Below, in pieces: positions 24,809-36,895 of a DNA stretch of 64,000 nucleotides. The stretch spans positions 20,772,001 through 20,836,000 of the forward strand of contig NC_086097.1 in NCBI RefSeq assembly GCF_963921235.1, read 5' to 3'. The DNA is from Mobula hypostoma (taxonomy: Eukaryota). The notes under the pieces were generated by a model. It saw only the letters and a list, made by a program, of their open reading frames with translations, was not told the origin of the DNA and searched no databases. Numbering within the stretch: the stretch's first letter is position 1; the number at the start of each line of letters is the position of its first letter. The position numbers and the translations under genes are program-made.

Positions 24809-26154
24809 GAGCTATGTGGGAGAGAAGGTTAGATTGATCCAGGGTTAAGAGTTTTGGAAAACATCATGGGATGGAAGGACAGTACCATGCTGTAGGGTTC
24901 TATGTTCTATGTTACTAGGACCTTCTCAGGATTCATGGTTGGGTTTTGAGAGGACTGCAGGACTTAGGCTATTTTTATTCATTAATATCTCACTAACTGG
25001 ATTATCTGAAGTGACAAGATGTGGTAACCTCCTCTGGTGCCCATCACTTCACTGGGGTTAACTCAGGTTGCAAGGCAATGGTTGCAGACCTGGATCCAAG
25101 CTCCTAGTGAACTCCACCATCTGCCTAATTGAACACGCCATCTTCAGCCCCTAATACATCACTCACTCAGTAACTGTTGGGTGTAATTTGAAAACTAGAG
25201 GCATCCTGTGTAGCATTTTCTGACTTTCTGCACTTCTCACTGCCTCAGTAAAACAGCCAACATAATTAAATACTGTAAGACATAGGAGAAAGATTAGGCC
25301 ATTTGGCTCATCGTGGGCTGTGTCCTCTGGTCTTGGATTCCCCCACCATAGGAAACATTCTCTCCACATCCACTCTATTGAGGCCTTTCACCACTCGATA
25401 GGTTTCAATCAACCCCCTCATTCTTCTAAATTCCAGTAAGTTCAGACCCACAGCCATCAAATGCTCCTCGTATGACAAGCCTTTCAAATTGGAATTACTT
25501 TTGTGAACCTCCTTTGAACCCTGTCCAATGTCAGCACATCCTTTCTTAGATAAAGGGTCCAGAACTGTTCACAACATTCCAAGTGACCCCATTCACAGCA
25601 AATATTCTCTCTTCTCTCCCCCTCCCACCAGGCACAAGATACAAAAGGCTGAAAGCAGGTAGTACCAGACTCAAGGGTAGCTTCTACCCTGCTGTATAAG
25701 GCCATTCAGTGCTCCCATAGTACGATGAGATAGGCTCCTGACCTCCCAATCTGCCTCCTGAATTCCATGTTCGCATCTGCGGAAAATGGTCACCTACTAA
25801 TAGTCATGTCTGCTGGGCAAATCCCACAAATTGGTTAGTACACACTCCAAGAGGCTTAATATGTGAGTAAATGCCCTGATTAAGACATACTGTCTCATCC
25901 TATCAGACGCTCCCTTTGGGCTACACTACTTGGCGTCATCTTTTCTCTTACTGAAAACTAGCTTGCAAGTCTCTCTGTCCCATCTTTGACAAAGGCCCAA
26001 AACTGTTCACAATATTCCAAGTGACCCCATTCGCACCAAATATTCTCTCTTCTCTCCCCCTCCCACCAGGCACAAGATACAAGCAACTGGAAATGTTGTA
26101 TGTTTCTTTCCACAGCTGCTGCTGAGTTGTTTTCCCAGCATTTCCTGTTTTCAG

Positions 26155-26780
26155 AACACTGAACATAGATCAGTAAAGACCCATGACACGGTGCTGACCT
26201 TTTCACCTTCAATGTAAAACTTTCTCCCACATAGCCTTCCATTGTTCTATCATCCATCTGCTTATCAATGAGTCTCTTAATTGTCCCAAATGTATCTGCC
26301 TCCACCACCCCCATCTGCCCCCTAGCAGCGCATTCCACACGCCTAAACTTACCCCTGACATCCTTCCTATACTTTCCTCCAATCACCTTAAAATTATGCC
26401 CTCACGTATTGGCCATTTCTGCCCTGGGTAAAAGTCTCTGGCTATATACTTACCCTACGGTCCTTCTCATCTTGTACATTTCTATCAAGTTACCCCTCAT
26501 CCTCCTTAGTGCTGAAGAGGAAAGCCCTAACTCACTCAACCTCTCCTCATTAGAAATGTTCTCTAATTCAGGCAGCATCCTGGTAAATCTCCTCTGCACT
26601 CTCTCTAAAAGCTTCCACCTCCTTCCTATAATAAGGTGACCAGAACTGAGCACAATATTCCAAGTGTGGTCTGACCAGAGATTTATAGAGCTCTTGAACT
26701 CAGTCCCAATTAATGAAGGCCAACACACCATGCACCTTCTTAACAATCCTATCAACTTGTGCAACAACCTGGAGGGATCA
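26155..26780 (-). mobile_element. CR1 LINE 3' fragment
   Basis: LERVQRRFTRMLPELENISNEERLSELGL...RMRGNLIEMYKM. Confidence 0.85.
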
Positions 26781-26885
26781 AATTTTATTTCAGAATTTCA
26801 GCATCTGCCTTGTTATTATTTCATTATCATAACTAAAACTTAAACTGAGATAAGCAAAAAATATATACATTTGCCAGTTAATAAT

Positions 26886-26891
26886 TTTATT
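26886..26891 (-). promoter_or_regulatory. Candidate poly(A) signal (AATAAA on the minus strand), possibly a distal ism2 3' end
   Basis: Plus-strand tttatt at 26886. On the minus strand it is preceded by about 600 bp of AU-rich, apparently non-repetitive sequence and followed by a U-rich tract (tatattttttgc). Confidence 0.35.
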
Positions 26892-27659
26892 GAAAGACAA
26901 AATAGATGATAAATGATGCCTTCTTTTCACATTGAACATAGGTCCCTTAGAAACACATTGTCTCACAGTAGTGCACCTTCAATCATGTAAAACAATTAAG
27001 TCTTATTTCTTAAGCATTAAACACAGACAATAAATACTGTACAAGAAACTCACAATTACAGTAAGCTATTAAGTTCTTACATTATGCACAAGATTCCTTT
27101 ATACAGAGAGATAATCGCAGCAACTTGTTTGCAGGTAATCTTGAGAACAGTGGGATCTCATTTTGAAATGTGACAAGAAAATATAATGGAAGAAATCTCA
27201 GTAAAGTGCCTCAGATTTGGAGCAAGAATCTGTATGTTACTCCAAAATGTTATACGAGCTAAACTTCTTAGCGCCCTGATTTTTGTTTCCAAGGTGTGGT
27301 GGACCTGTGTCAATGTACATAAGGTCCCTTGGATACATAAAGCATTCTGCTATTGCTCCCTCACAAGTCAATGCGTTTGGTGTGATGTCATGCATTTTGG
27401 CTGAATGGATTGCCATCCCTTCAACTGTCCACATCGCAGGGAAGGGGTCACCAGATCGGGAAATCACCACTTTTCTGGTCTGGTTGACACTGATAGCAGT
27501 GTACAGGGTGCCCTAGCCTTTATAATGAAGTCAACCTAAGGAAGTGGTAGAAACGTTAGGTGCAGGATCAGCAAACATGGTCACTTCATGTCCATCCAAG
27601 GATTCTCAGTGAGCAAAATCCCAGTGACTGTATCGGTCAGACAGCCCAAGAGGTCACAA

Positions 27660-27790
27660 AGACAGAGAGAGAGAGAGAGAGAAAGAAGAGGGAAGAGGAC
27701 AGAGAGGAGCCAGAGAGAGAGAGTGAGAGAGACAAAGAGAGGGAAAAAGCTAGAGAGACAGAAAGAGGATGATAGAAGGGGGGGGGTGAA
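27660..27790. repeat. (GA)n-rich purine tract
   Basis: gagagagaga... visible directly. Confidence 0.85.
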
Positions 27791-29319
27791 ATAGACAGAC
27801 GGATGAACAGACCAACCGATGCTAGAGTGGTCCAGTGAGATCCTCTTGTTGCCTATGAAGTGAACCCAACTATCGCCCTGCGTATAACTGAACCAACAGG
27901 GCACAGAAGGGCTTCACTGATGGAAGGAAGTGTCCTTTACAATTCCACACAATGTTCCATAGCCTATTCGGATCAGCGTCCTGAGGCAGGCCTGGGGTTT
28001 ACCCACTTCAGTCCCACCCTCCCACTCTCCTCCTGCCACCTCTTCAACAATACAACAGCACCGAAGCTCAGGGAACAAGTCATTAGACACACACTGCTTC
28101 AACACTGATAACAGGAAGCCAGGGCTCAGTCTCGTGGAGGTATTCAAGCTAAACCCCCACAAATGGTGTTGCTGAATTCTTTAAAGTAATTTCTTCCAGT
28201 CCTTTGTCAAATCAACCTTGAAATAACTGGAAGCCAAATCCAGTTAAAATGCCTCCAATGAAGAGGCGATGTTGCATCCTGTTCTGTGTGACAAAATGCC
28301 AGCAGCTGAGATTGATGGATGATGTTTAAGATATACACCACCAGCTCCTGTGACACTTTGATCACATTCATTTAATACAACACCAGAGTTTATGGCAGTG
28401 GATGTGGAAGGAGACTTCATCATGGCTAGAGGAGGGATGTTTGACTTCTGCTAATGATTTATAAATGATCAGGTCCCATCTCCCATTTCCAGAGCCACAA
28501 CAGGGCATAGGTTGGTCCTGTTCTACTGGGTATACTATGTTGGCATAGCAACATTTGCAGGCTCTCCCCAGCACACCATTGCACTGTGTTGGTTGATAAC
28601 ACAAGTGACACATTTCACCATATGCACTGATGTACATGTGGCAAATAGCAGTAATCTTTTTAAAAAAAATTAGCCCAGACCTTCCTGAATGCTCTGAAGG
28701 TCACTATGACCCTCTCTCCTCCCCTCACCTGTTAGACGCCTTACAACAACAGGGTGGGGATGTGGTGGTCTGATATACTGATGCCATCACAGTAGTTTTG
28801 GTGGGCATTTGGTGTGAACATTGGAAAATGATGACCTTCATCAACTAAAATTACCTCACCTACCTTCAAATCCGCGTGGTCTCCTTGGAACAGCTTCCAG
28901 TCGCTCAAGCACTGATAGAATTCTAGTAACATTGTAAGTGTTACATGCAAGATGTTTTGGAAAATACACCCTTACACAGTCTTCCAGTACCCTGGGCAAA
29001 GTCGCATGGACTCAGAGATTTGAAATGTTGAATCTCAGTAGAAAGGTCTTTCTGAAGGGATTGGCAACATGGTCTTGAGGTGTTTCTCATGCTCCAGACA
29101 ACTGTACCAAGGATACGGTGCCAGAACACCACAGTGAAGAGATTTACATGAAGATTAATTTCCAACACCAAGGTATTTAAACACAAGAAACTCTCGACCC
29201 AGGATTCTGCCTTCTGCCCCTTTCCTTTCCAGTCCCAATGAAGGGTCCTGGCCATAAATGTCAAATGTCTATTCTCCTCCATAGATACCACTGACTGGCT
29301 TAGTGCCTCCAGTCCCCAG

Positions 29320-29356
<37 letters not shown>

Positions 29357-30187
29357 GCCCAGGATTTCTAGCATCTGCAGAATCTCGTATCATAGAATAT
29401 AATTTAATATCCATTTTTGAGACTGTGATGGTGAGCCATTGCCCACATTATAGTGAAGGCACCTTCATAGTGTTAGGTGAGGAGATCCAGGACTTTGTTC
29501 CAGTGATGATCATGGAACAAGGAACCTGTGGCTAGTGATATTCCTTGGGCTTTCTGTCTTTAACCTTCCAGTTGCAAGTGGCCAAGTTTTTGGGAGATGA
29601 TGCTGTAAATGATAGAGGGTGTGCGTAGTTAATGGGAATTCAATCAAGCTTGTTGCTCTGTCCTTGACCTTAACCTCTTTAGTGTTTCTGATTGACAAAG
29701 GAAAGATTAGATAGGCTGCGTAGTTTTTCCGGAAGCAGAGGGGTAATGATTTGATAGAAATATTTATTCAAAATTATCAAGGGGATTGTATTGGGTAAGT
29801 AGAATCATCTGTCTAAACTAAAAAGGTATAAGGTGAGCAACTCTCAAAAAGGTGGTCAGGCATCATCTATGTCAAATAATCAACCTGAAACACTGACTGT
29901 TTAATTCCCCTCCATTGATGCTGCCTTACCTGCTGAGTTCCTCCATTTAGTGTCAGTCACTCAAGGTTTCTATTATCTGCACAATCTCCTATGGGAGCCT
30001 TTAGAAAGGATCTGCTGGGTGATATTTTCCACACAGAGATCTGGTACGCTCTGCCTGAGGAGGTGTTGGAGGAAGGTGCCCTCATAATATTGAAGAAGGA
30101 CTGAGACAAGCACCTGACCTACCAAGGCATTGAGACTACATACCCTAATGGGGAGAATGGGACTAGTATAGTAGTATGGGTGTGGGG

Positions 30188-30747
30188 TGTATGGGGTGTC
30201 AGGGAGGGGTAGCACCTCTGGTGGGGTAACATGTCGCGTCCTTTTCAGGGCGGTTAGTCCACCTTTGGTCCCCACCTGGCACTCAGCTCTCACCTGTGAC
30301 TCCCCGTAGCTGTTTGCATGTGACAGCGGCCACATCCCGGGCAACGGCTTCGACAAGCCGGCTAAACCAGGTGAGGGTAGCCGACGGGTCTCAAACCCTC
30401 GGTGTGGTAGGGAGTTGTCTATCCCAGCATGTGAAGACAGACTCCGGCGGATTGAGTGGACGAGACCTATGGAAGGTCCAACGGTCAAGAAGGCGGTCTC
30501 TGCAAGCGTCGTGGAACGTGTAGAACAGGACAAGACACAGAAGACGTCCTGGTCATCCACTGCGTCTAGTCCCATCTCCAGCCGTCTAGACTCTGTCTTG
30601 CCACCGGATCCAGATGGGATTTGGGAAGAGAGAGCGAGGCCGACGCTGCGCAACTCTCCCTCACTTAAATCCAAATCACGCGCTAGTCTCCACACCATCA
30701 TAATGGTGTCGAGGTCCTCATCGACGTCAACGATGGACGAACAACCG
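30188..30747 (+). mobile_element. Young RTE-type non-autonomous retroelement
   Basis: CpG-rich relative to flanks; 11-bp TSD tgggtgtgggg (30177-30187 / 30748-30758); RTE-like end tcatcgacgtcaacgatggacgaacaac; no Pol III boxes seen. Confidence 0.75.
30193..30375 (+). ncRNA. Candidate HDV-like self-cleaving ribozyme
   Basis: P1 GGGGTGT (30193-99) / ACATCCC (30332-38); P2 CTCACCTG (30289-96) / CAGGTGAG (30368-75); L3-like TCCCCG; P1.1 GG (30339-40); P4 CGGCTT-CGAC-AAGCCG; J4/2 GCTAA with C30362. Confidence 0.6.
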
Positions 30748-31650
30748 TGGGTGTGGGGGGCTGTGTGGCCTGATTCTCTGCTGTACAACTCTCTGTGACT
30801 CTTTTTAATGGAATGGCTGCCAGACGATCTGCCAGCACTTGCATGTTGGAGGTTGGTTGTGGGTGCAGGGAGGGATTCAGTGATGGGGAGGTGGGCCGAT
30901 TATCCAAGAGGCAACTCCTCGAAGAGCTCAGCTCTCCCTCTCTGCAGCTTGGATCACACGCAGCTACCCAGAGTGGAGCCTGAACAATGGCCCTCCGACA
31001 CAGTCAGGACCCTCAAGTGAACTGTAATTTCCAGAATTACACTCCATGTCTCATTTTGTGCTCACCACAGTTCACATTTATACGAGACTATCAAAATTAG
31101 CTTCATTTGTCGTTTGTACATCAAAGCAGGCAGTGAAATACGTTGTCTTGTGTCAAATCAAATCAGTGAGGGATGTGCATACTTCTGGCACCAACATACT
31201 CACTAACCCTGGCCTGTATGTGTTTGAAATGTGGGAGGAAATTGGAGCACCCGGGGTGAACGTACAAACTCCTAACAGGCAGCAGAAGGTATCAAACCGG
31301 TGCTGTAAAGAGTTGCACTAGCCACTACGCTAGTGTGTGTCCCCTTTGAATTTAGATATAAAAACAAAACCTCCTTTACTTTGAAACCAATGCATTCAGA
31401 AATATATTTTCATGTTAGGAATGTATGAAATGAATAAAGTCCTTGCAGGTGCTGGGAGGGTTGACACTGGGAGACAGGAGGATCAGGGGCTGAGGACTGA
31501 GGTGAAGAAAGATTTGAGGGTTGTGAATGTGAGGGCCTCTTCTACCAGGAGAGCAGTGGCTGTTTGCACTTTAGAACATTCAGATCTGTCACTGGCACAT
31601 TGTTGGATGGCCAGAGAGAGTGGCACGGGGGAAGTAGAACTGAGACTGTG

Positions 31651-31830
31651 GGCAGCATGGTAGTGTAGCGGTTAGCATAACACTACTACCGCGACAGTGA
31701 CCTGGGTTCACTTCCTGCAGCTGTCTGTAAGGAGTTTGTACGTTCTCCCCGGGACCGTGTGGGTTTTCCTCTGGGCGTTCTGGTTTCCTCCCACGTTCCA
31801 AAGATGTACGGGTTATGGTTAGCGAAGTGA
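31651..31830 (+). mobile_element. V-SINE-like tRNA-derived SINE (representative of many copies, e.g. ~8000, ~16850, ~38090, ~51000-51260 minus, ~57960-58170 minus, ~63400)
   Basis: tRNA-like head plus V-domain ggagtttgtacgttctcccc..gtgtgggttttcctctgggcgttctggtttcctcccac. Confidence 0.8.
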
Positions 31831-31848
31831 TCTAGGGCTTTCCTCATA

Positions 31849-32343
31849 AAGGCTGATTTATACTTCTCGACGCCGTAGGTACGGTGTCGCCGCAACCTAT
31901 ACACAGAGCCTACACAGATCCCTACGCCGTAGCCTGACGCGCACCTCTCCCAAAATGTAACCGCACGTCGCGGCAACACGGACCACAACAGCGGTGATTG
32001 GTTCACTTGGTAGCATCGCATTTCCTCCTACACTGCAATAGCTTCCCATTGGCCGTCTGAAGGGCAGGGAAGGAACTCTGGCTGCAATACTTTCCATAAA
32101 GCTTTACAGACCTCTGGAATTATGGAGGACACATTTCGCTTTTACGAAAAAAGACGCTTGCTTTAAACTTGTTTACCCTGAGAACGACCACGATGACCAT
32201 GAAGCATTGCACGGGCAGGTGTGTGCGCATGCGTGACATGCCCGAATTGCAGAGCGACGCAGACACACCAACGCACAAGTATAAATGCTCGTAACGTGCG
32301 TAGGCTACGGCGTCGAGTTGACGCACAAGTATAAATCAGCCTT
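31849..32343. mobile_element. Young MITE (Harbinger-like or TA-targeting) inserted in a CR1 fragment
   Basis: Perfect terminal inverted repeat aaggctgatttatactt / aagtataaatcagcctt; CpG-rich; splits CR1 sequence tcctcata|gacatgctc. Confidence 0.85.
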
Positions 32344-33682
32344 TAGACATGCTCCCTAGTCCAGGGAGCATCCTGGTAAATCTCCTCTGCACCCTCTCTA
32401 AAGCTTCCACATCCTTCCTATTACGGTCCTGATCCCAGTGTTCATTCAGAAGGGATTTTCTTAAGCTTTAATTTTTACCCTCTCTAATGCTTCCACATCC
32501 TTCTTACAATGAGGTGACCAGAACTGAACACAATACTCCAACCAGCAACCTAAGGAAGGATGATTATATTTGCTCTGCAGTCCTCTGCTCTGCCAGCTGA
32601 GCTATTGAATGAAAGCCAAAGGAACAATTGGATTCACGGATGCTCAAGAGGCCAGAAAAAGGAGCAGTTACTCCCTTGATTTGTTCCCTGGAAACTGGAC
32701 ATAAACAAAAAAACAAGTTGAAATTCTGGAAGTCAGATTTTCCTTTGACTTTCGGCCCTGGCTTGGCAGAGTTAGATGGTTCGCTGAACTGAGGTAAATT
32801 AACCAGCGGTAAATGGCAGTTGTGTGCAGGGGTTTATGGACAGGGGCCTGTTGTTCCTCAGGCTTGGTTGCACAATTATGAGAATTATAGACAGTGAACT
32901 CTGCTTTGAAAGGATGGCCATGTTGACTAGTCTGAGTCAGCAAGCAGCCATTATGGCAAAAGGCAGCTGCAGCAAGATGGATCTGTCACAATATCAGATG
33001 TCCCAAAGCAAGTTACATTCAGTAGAATACTTTTAAAGCTGTAATGTAGGGATTTCAGCCGACATCTACAGATGTTTACAGAGCTATTGTGTAATAATGA
33101 GCTCCCTCAAGATGCTCCCCCACCGAGGCACATCCCTCTTCCTCAACCATCCACCCTCCAGTGAGATTCGCTTTAAATCCTGCGGCGATGCAAAGGGAGA
33201 GTCGCGGGTTTGAGCGATGCCGAAGATCCCGCAGATTATTCCTCCAGAAGTCTGGTGTGAAGTGGGTCCGGGAAAGCCAAGGAGATGGGATCTTGGTGAA
33301 GATGAGATGGGCACCTTTTGGGTCTCGGAGCTGCTGGGAAAATGGGCAAAGCGATCCGACTGTGCAATCCCAACAATGTTACTGAGTGTGAACCATGGAA
33401 CTTCCCGCTGTACCACACAAGGGCTGTGAATAAAACGCAGGGAAGTCACAACGGTGACATATCTCAGTTTATCCTCTTGTGCTCAACACTTGTTGCAGAA
33501 ATGGTCCCTTTCTTTGGATGAACACATAGTTATATGCAAATATATATATTTTTTAATGTTAGCACCAGCCCGGTACTGTTTCTAATCAATATTGATGGCT
33601 GCCAGGTAAAAGCTGGCTGATATTACCAGATGTGAGGTGGTTTGTCATCAATGAAAAACATCCATTTTTGCAATTATTTTTC

Positions 33683-34291
<609 letters not shown>

Positions 34292-35519
34292 TTAGGCCCG
34301 TCAGAAATGGGGAACATAGAGATAACAAGAGAAGCGCAAGCGGGACTCCACGCGTCAAGCAGCGTGAAGGTCTAAGAAAGATTTATTATCAAAGTCTGTA
34401 CATATCACCATACACCTTGAGATTAATTTTCTTGTAGGCATTTACAAGGACATAAAGGAATAAAATAGAATTTATGAAAAGTTATGTCTAAACAAGGACT
34501 AACACACAGCGAGAGTTATGGAGGGTTGAGTTGCGGGTCAAAGAGACTAGACAGTTCAGCATGGACTAGAAGGGACAACGGGGCTATTCCTATGCTGAAG
34601 TGCTCTATGACTCGAAAACAACCAAATTATAAGAATAATAAAAATACTGAGAACATCAGCTGTAAAGAGCCATTGAAAGTGAGTCTATAGGTTGTGTGGA
34701 GGGGGAAGGAATTGTCAGTGTTTTGACTGGAAGCTTGATGGAGTGTTTTGACCCGAAATGCAGACAATTCTTTCTTTCCGCAGATGCTGCTTGAGCTGCT
34801 GAGTTCCTCCAGGCTGGTTGTATGTCGCTCAAGATTCCAGCATCTGCATCCCCTTGTGCCTCTGAGGCTCTGGAGAAATAACCCGACTTTGTCCAGCTCA
34901 CACCCTCTATTCCAGGCAGCGACCCGGTAAACCTCTTCTCTACCCTTCTCAAAGCTTCCACATCCTCCCTATAATGGGACAGCCAGAACTGCACACAATA
35001 CTCCAAGTGCAACATAACCAAAGTTATTATCTAGCTGCAAGCTGACTTCCTCACTCTTTGAGACATGACAGTCTGTAGATGCTGAACTCTGGATCAAACA
35101 AAACTGCCTGATAGATAGATTCATTGGATTGAGCAATATCTACAGAGGGTTAAGAACTGTCTACATTTTAGGTCAAAACCATGCACCAACAATTCCTTCT
35201 CACCGCCAACAGATGAAGCACATCACATGTTGTTCCTTAACTATTATACTCAATGCCCCATTCAGTTTCCCATGGACTCCACCCAATCTTCCCTTTCATT
35301 CGGTGGCCAAATATTTTTGGCCACAGACAGGCTGGAATGTGGATCTTGCTCCCACAGTGTGAGGTTGAAATGCTCAAAAGGAGGCAACCTAGTACATGTG
35401 TGAGAAGGCCCACCAGTGAATGCTTTGGTGGGAGAGGCTGGGAGAAGTGACACCAGTTTAGGGCTATTGGGTTGCTGCTCCAGTGCTGTGTTAGATTTAT
35501 GGAACTGATAACACTAGGC

Positions 35520-36262
35520 ATCATTGACAGTGCAGAAGGCCGTCATAAATTGACCAGCTGTGGAAGTGGGCCAAGGAATGGCAAATGGAGTTTAATTCAG
35601 ATCAGTGTAAGGTGTTACATTTTGGGAAGTGAAACCAGAGTAGGACTTTCACAGTGAATGGCAGGGCCCTGGCGAGTGTTGTAGAACAGAGGGGTGGACC
35701 TAGGAGTACAAATACATAGTTTCCTGAAAATTGGAGTCACGTGTCGATAGAGTAGTGAAGAAGGCTGACCTTCAGTCAAGGCATTGAGTCTAGGAGTTAA
35801 GATGTAATGTTGCAGTTGTATAAGTCATTGGGTGAGTTATGCTTGGTTTCGGTTAACCTACTAAAGGAAAGATACCACTAAACTGTAAAGAGTGAAGAAA
35901 AGATTTATAAGGACATTGCCAAGATGAGAGACTGGGCAGGCTAAGATTTTATACCTTGGAGTACAGGAGACTGATGGGTGACCTTATGGAGATGTAAAAC
36001 ATTATGAAGGGCATCAGTAGGGTAAACTCATACAATCTTTTTTTCCAGGATTGGGGATCAAAAGGTAGGGCGTGGTCCATATATGGAACGAACTGTCGGA
36101 GGAAGTGGTTGAGATAGGTAGATTAACAACATTTAAAAGATATTTAGACAGGTACATGGATAGGAAGGGTTTAGAGAGATATATGTCAAGCACAAGTAAA
36201 TGTGGTTTGGGCTTCTTGGTTGGCATAGATGAGTTGGGCAAAAGGGCTTATTACCATGTTGA
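35520..36262 (+). mobile_element. CR1 LINE fragment
   Basis: tggcaaatggagtttaattcagat (WQMEFN) and VHIWNELSEEVVEIG..TFKRYLDRYM. Confidence 0.8.
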
Positions 36263-36274
36263 CTGACTGTGATA

Positions 36275-36525
36275 ACTCTGCCATGGACGGTCCCAGGCCC
36301 AACTGCAGAAGGAGGTAGGTTGGGCATGGGCTCGCAACCCATCCCATAAAAGCCCAGAGGCTACAGGAACACCAACAGAAGTTCCAAAGACCGCATCCCT
36401 GGGAAAGGAAGGAGAAGATGGGCTGCACCTGGGATATCTTGAAATATTGGCCCGGGACAGAGGACTCTGGTGAGCTGGTGTCGGCAGCCTATGCCCCATA
36501 AGGGATAAGGGGCTTAACTCAACTC
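36275..36525 (+). mobile_element. RTE/RTEX-type short non-autonomous element
   Basis: End gacagaggactctggtgagctggtgtcggcagcctatgcccc...gcttaactcaactc resembles RTEX 3' ends. Confidence 0.45.
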
Positions 36526-36817
36526 ATGACTCTGACTCTACTTGAAGCCCAGAGATATTGGACAACCTTGGGGTTGTTAAAGTCAAATTACAATTGCAGA
36601 CTGACACTTTACTAGAACTCCCTCCTCTTACCAGCAAGAGAGCTTGGACTTGCACTTTTTCTGAATACAATCCCAGGCAGAAAATGAACCAATGAGTTCT
36701 GGGTGTCAGGGTATACAGACATGCCTGGTGTTACCAGAAAGGACTGGCTGACCCATTCTTTCTGTTTCCCCCAGCCAGCGTATTTTCACCATGTTGATGT
36801 TGAGACTGTGCACTCAC

Positions 36818-36895
36818 CTGTGTCAAACAACTCTGTTCCATTTTCTTTCTCATCCAGAATTTTTTCTGTGGCTGCGCTCACATCATCTTCCATCC
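36818..36895 (-). CDS. ism2: Isthmin-2-like short linker exon (GMEDDVSAATEKILDEKENGTELFDT)
   Basis: Acceptor ttttcctgcag|GG and donor ACAG|gtgagt; 78 bp, phase 1-1, no stop. Joins the TSP1 exon to the AMOP exon in frame and resembles the isthmin TSP1-AMOP linker. Not in the ORF track. Confidence 0.88.

Noticed and set aside
29973..30788. 271-aa minus-strand ORF
   Set aside because: It crosses both TSD boundaries of the RTE-type element into unrelated flanks and has no recognisable domain.
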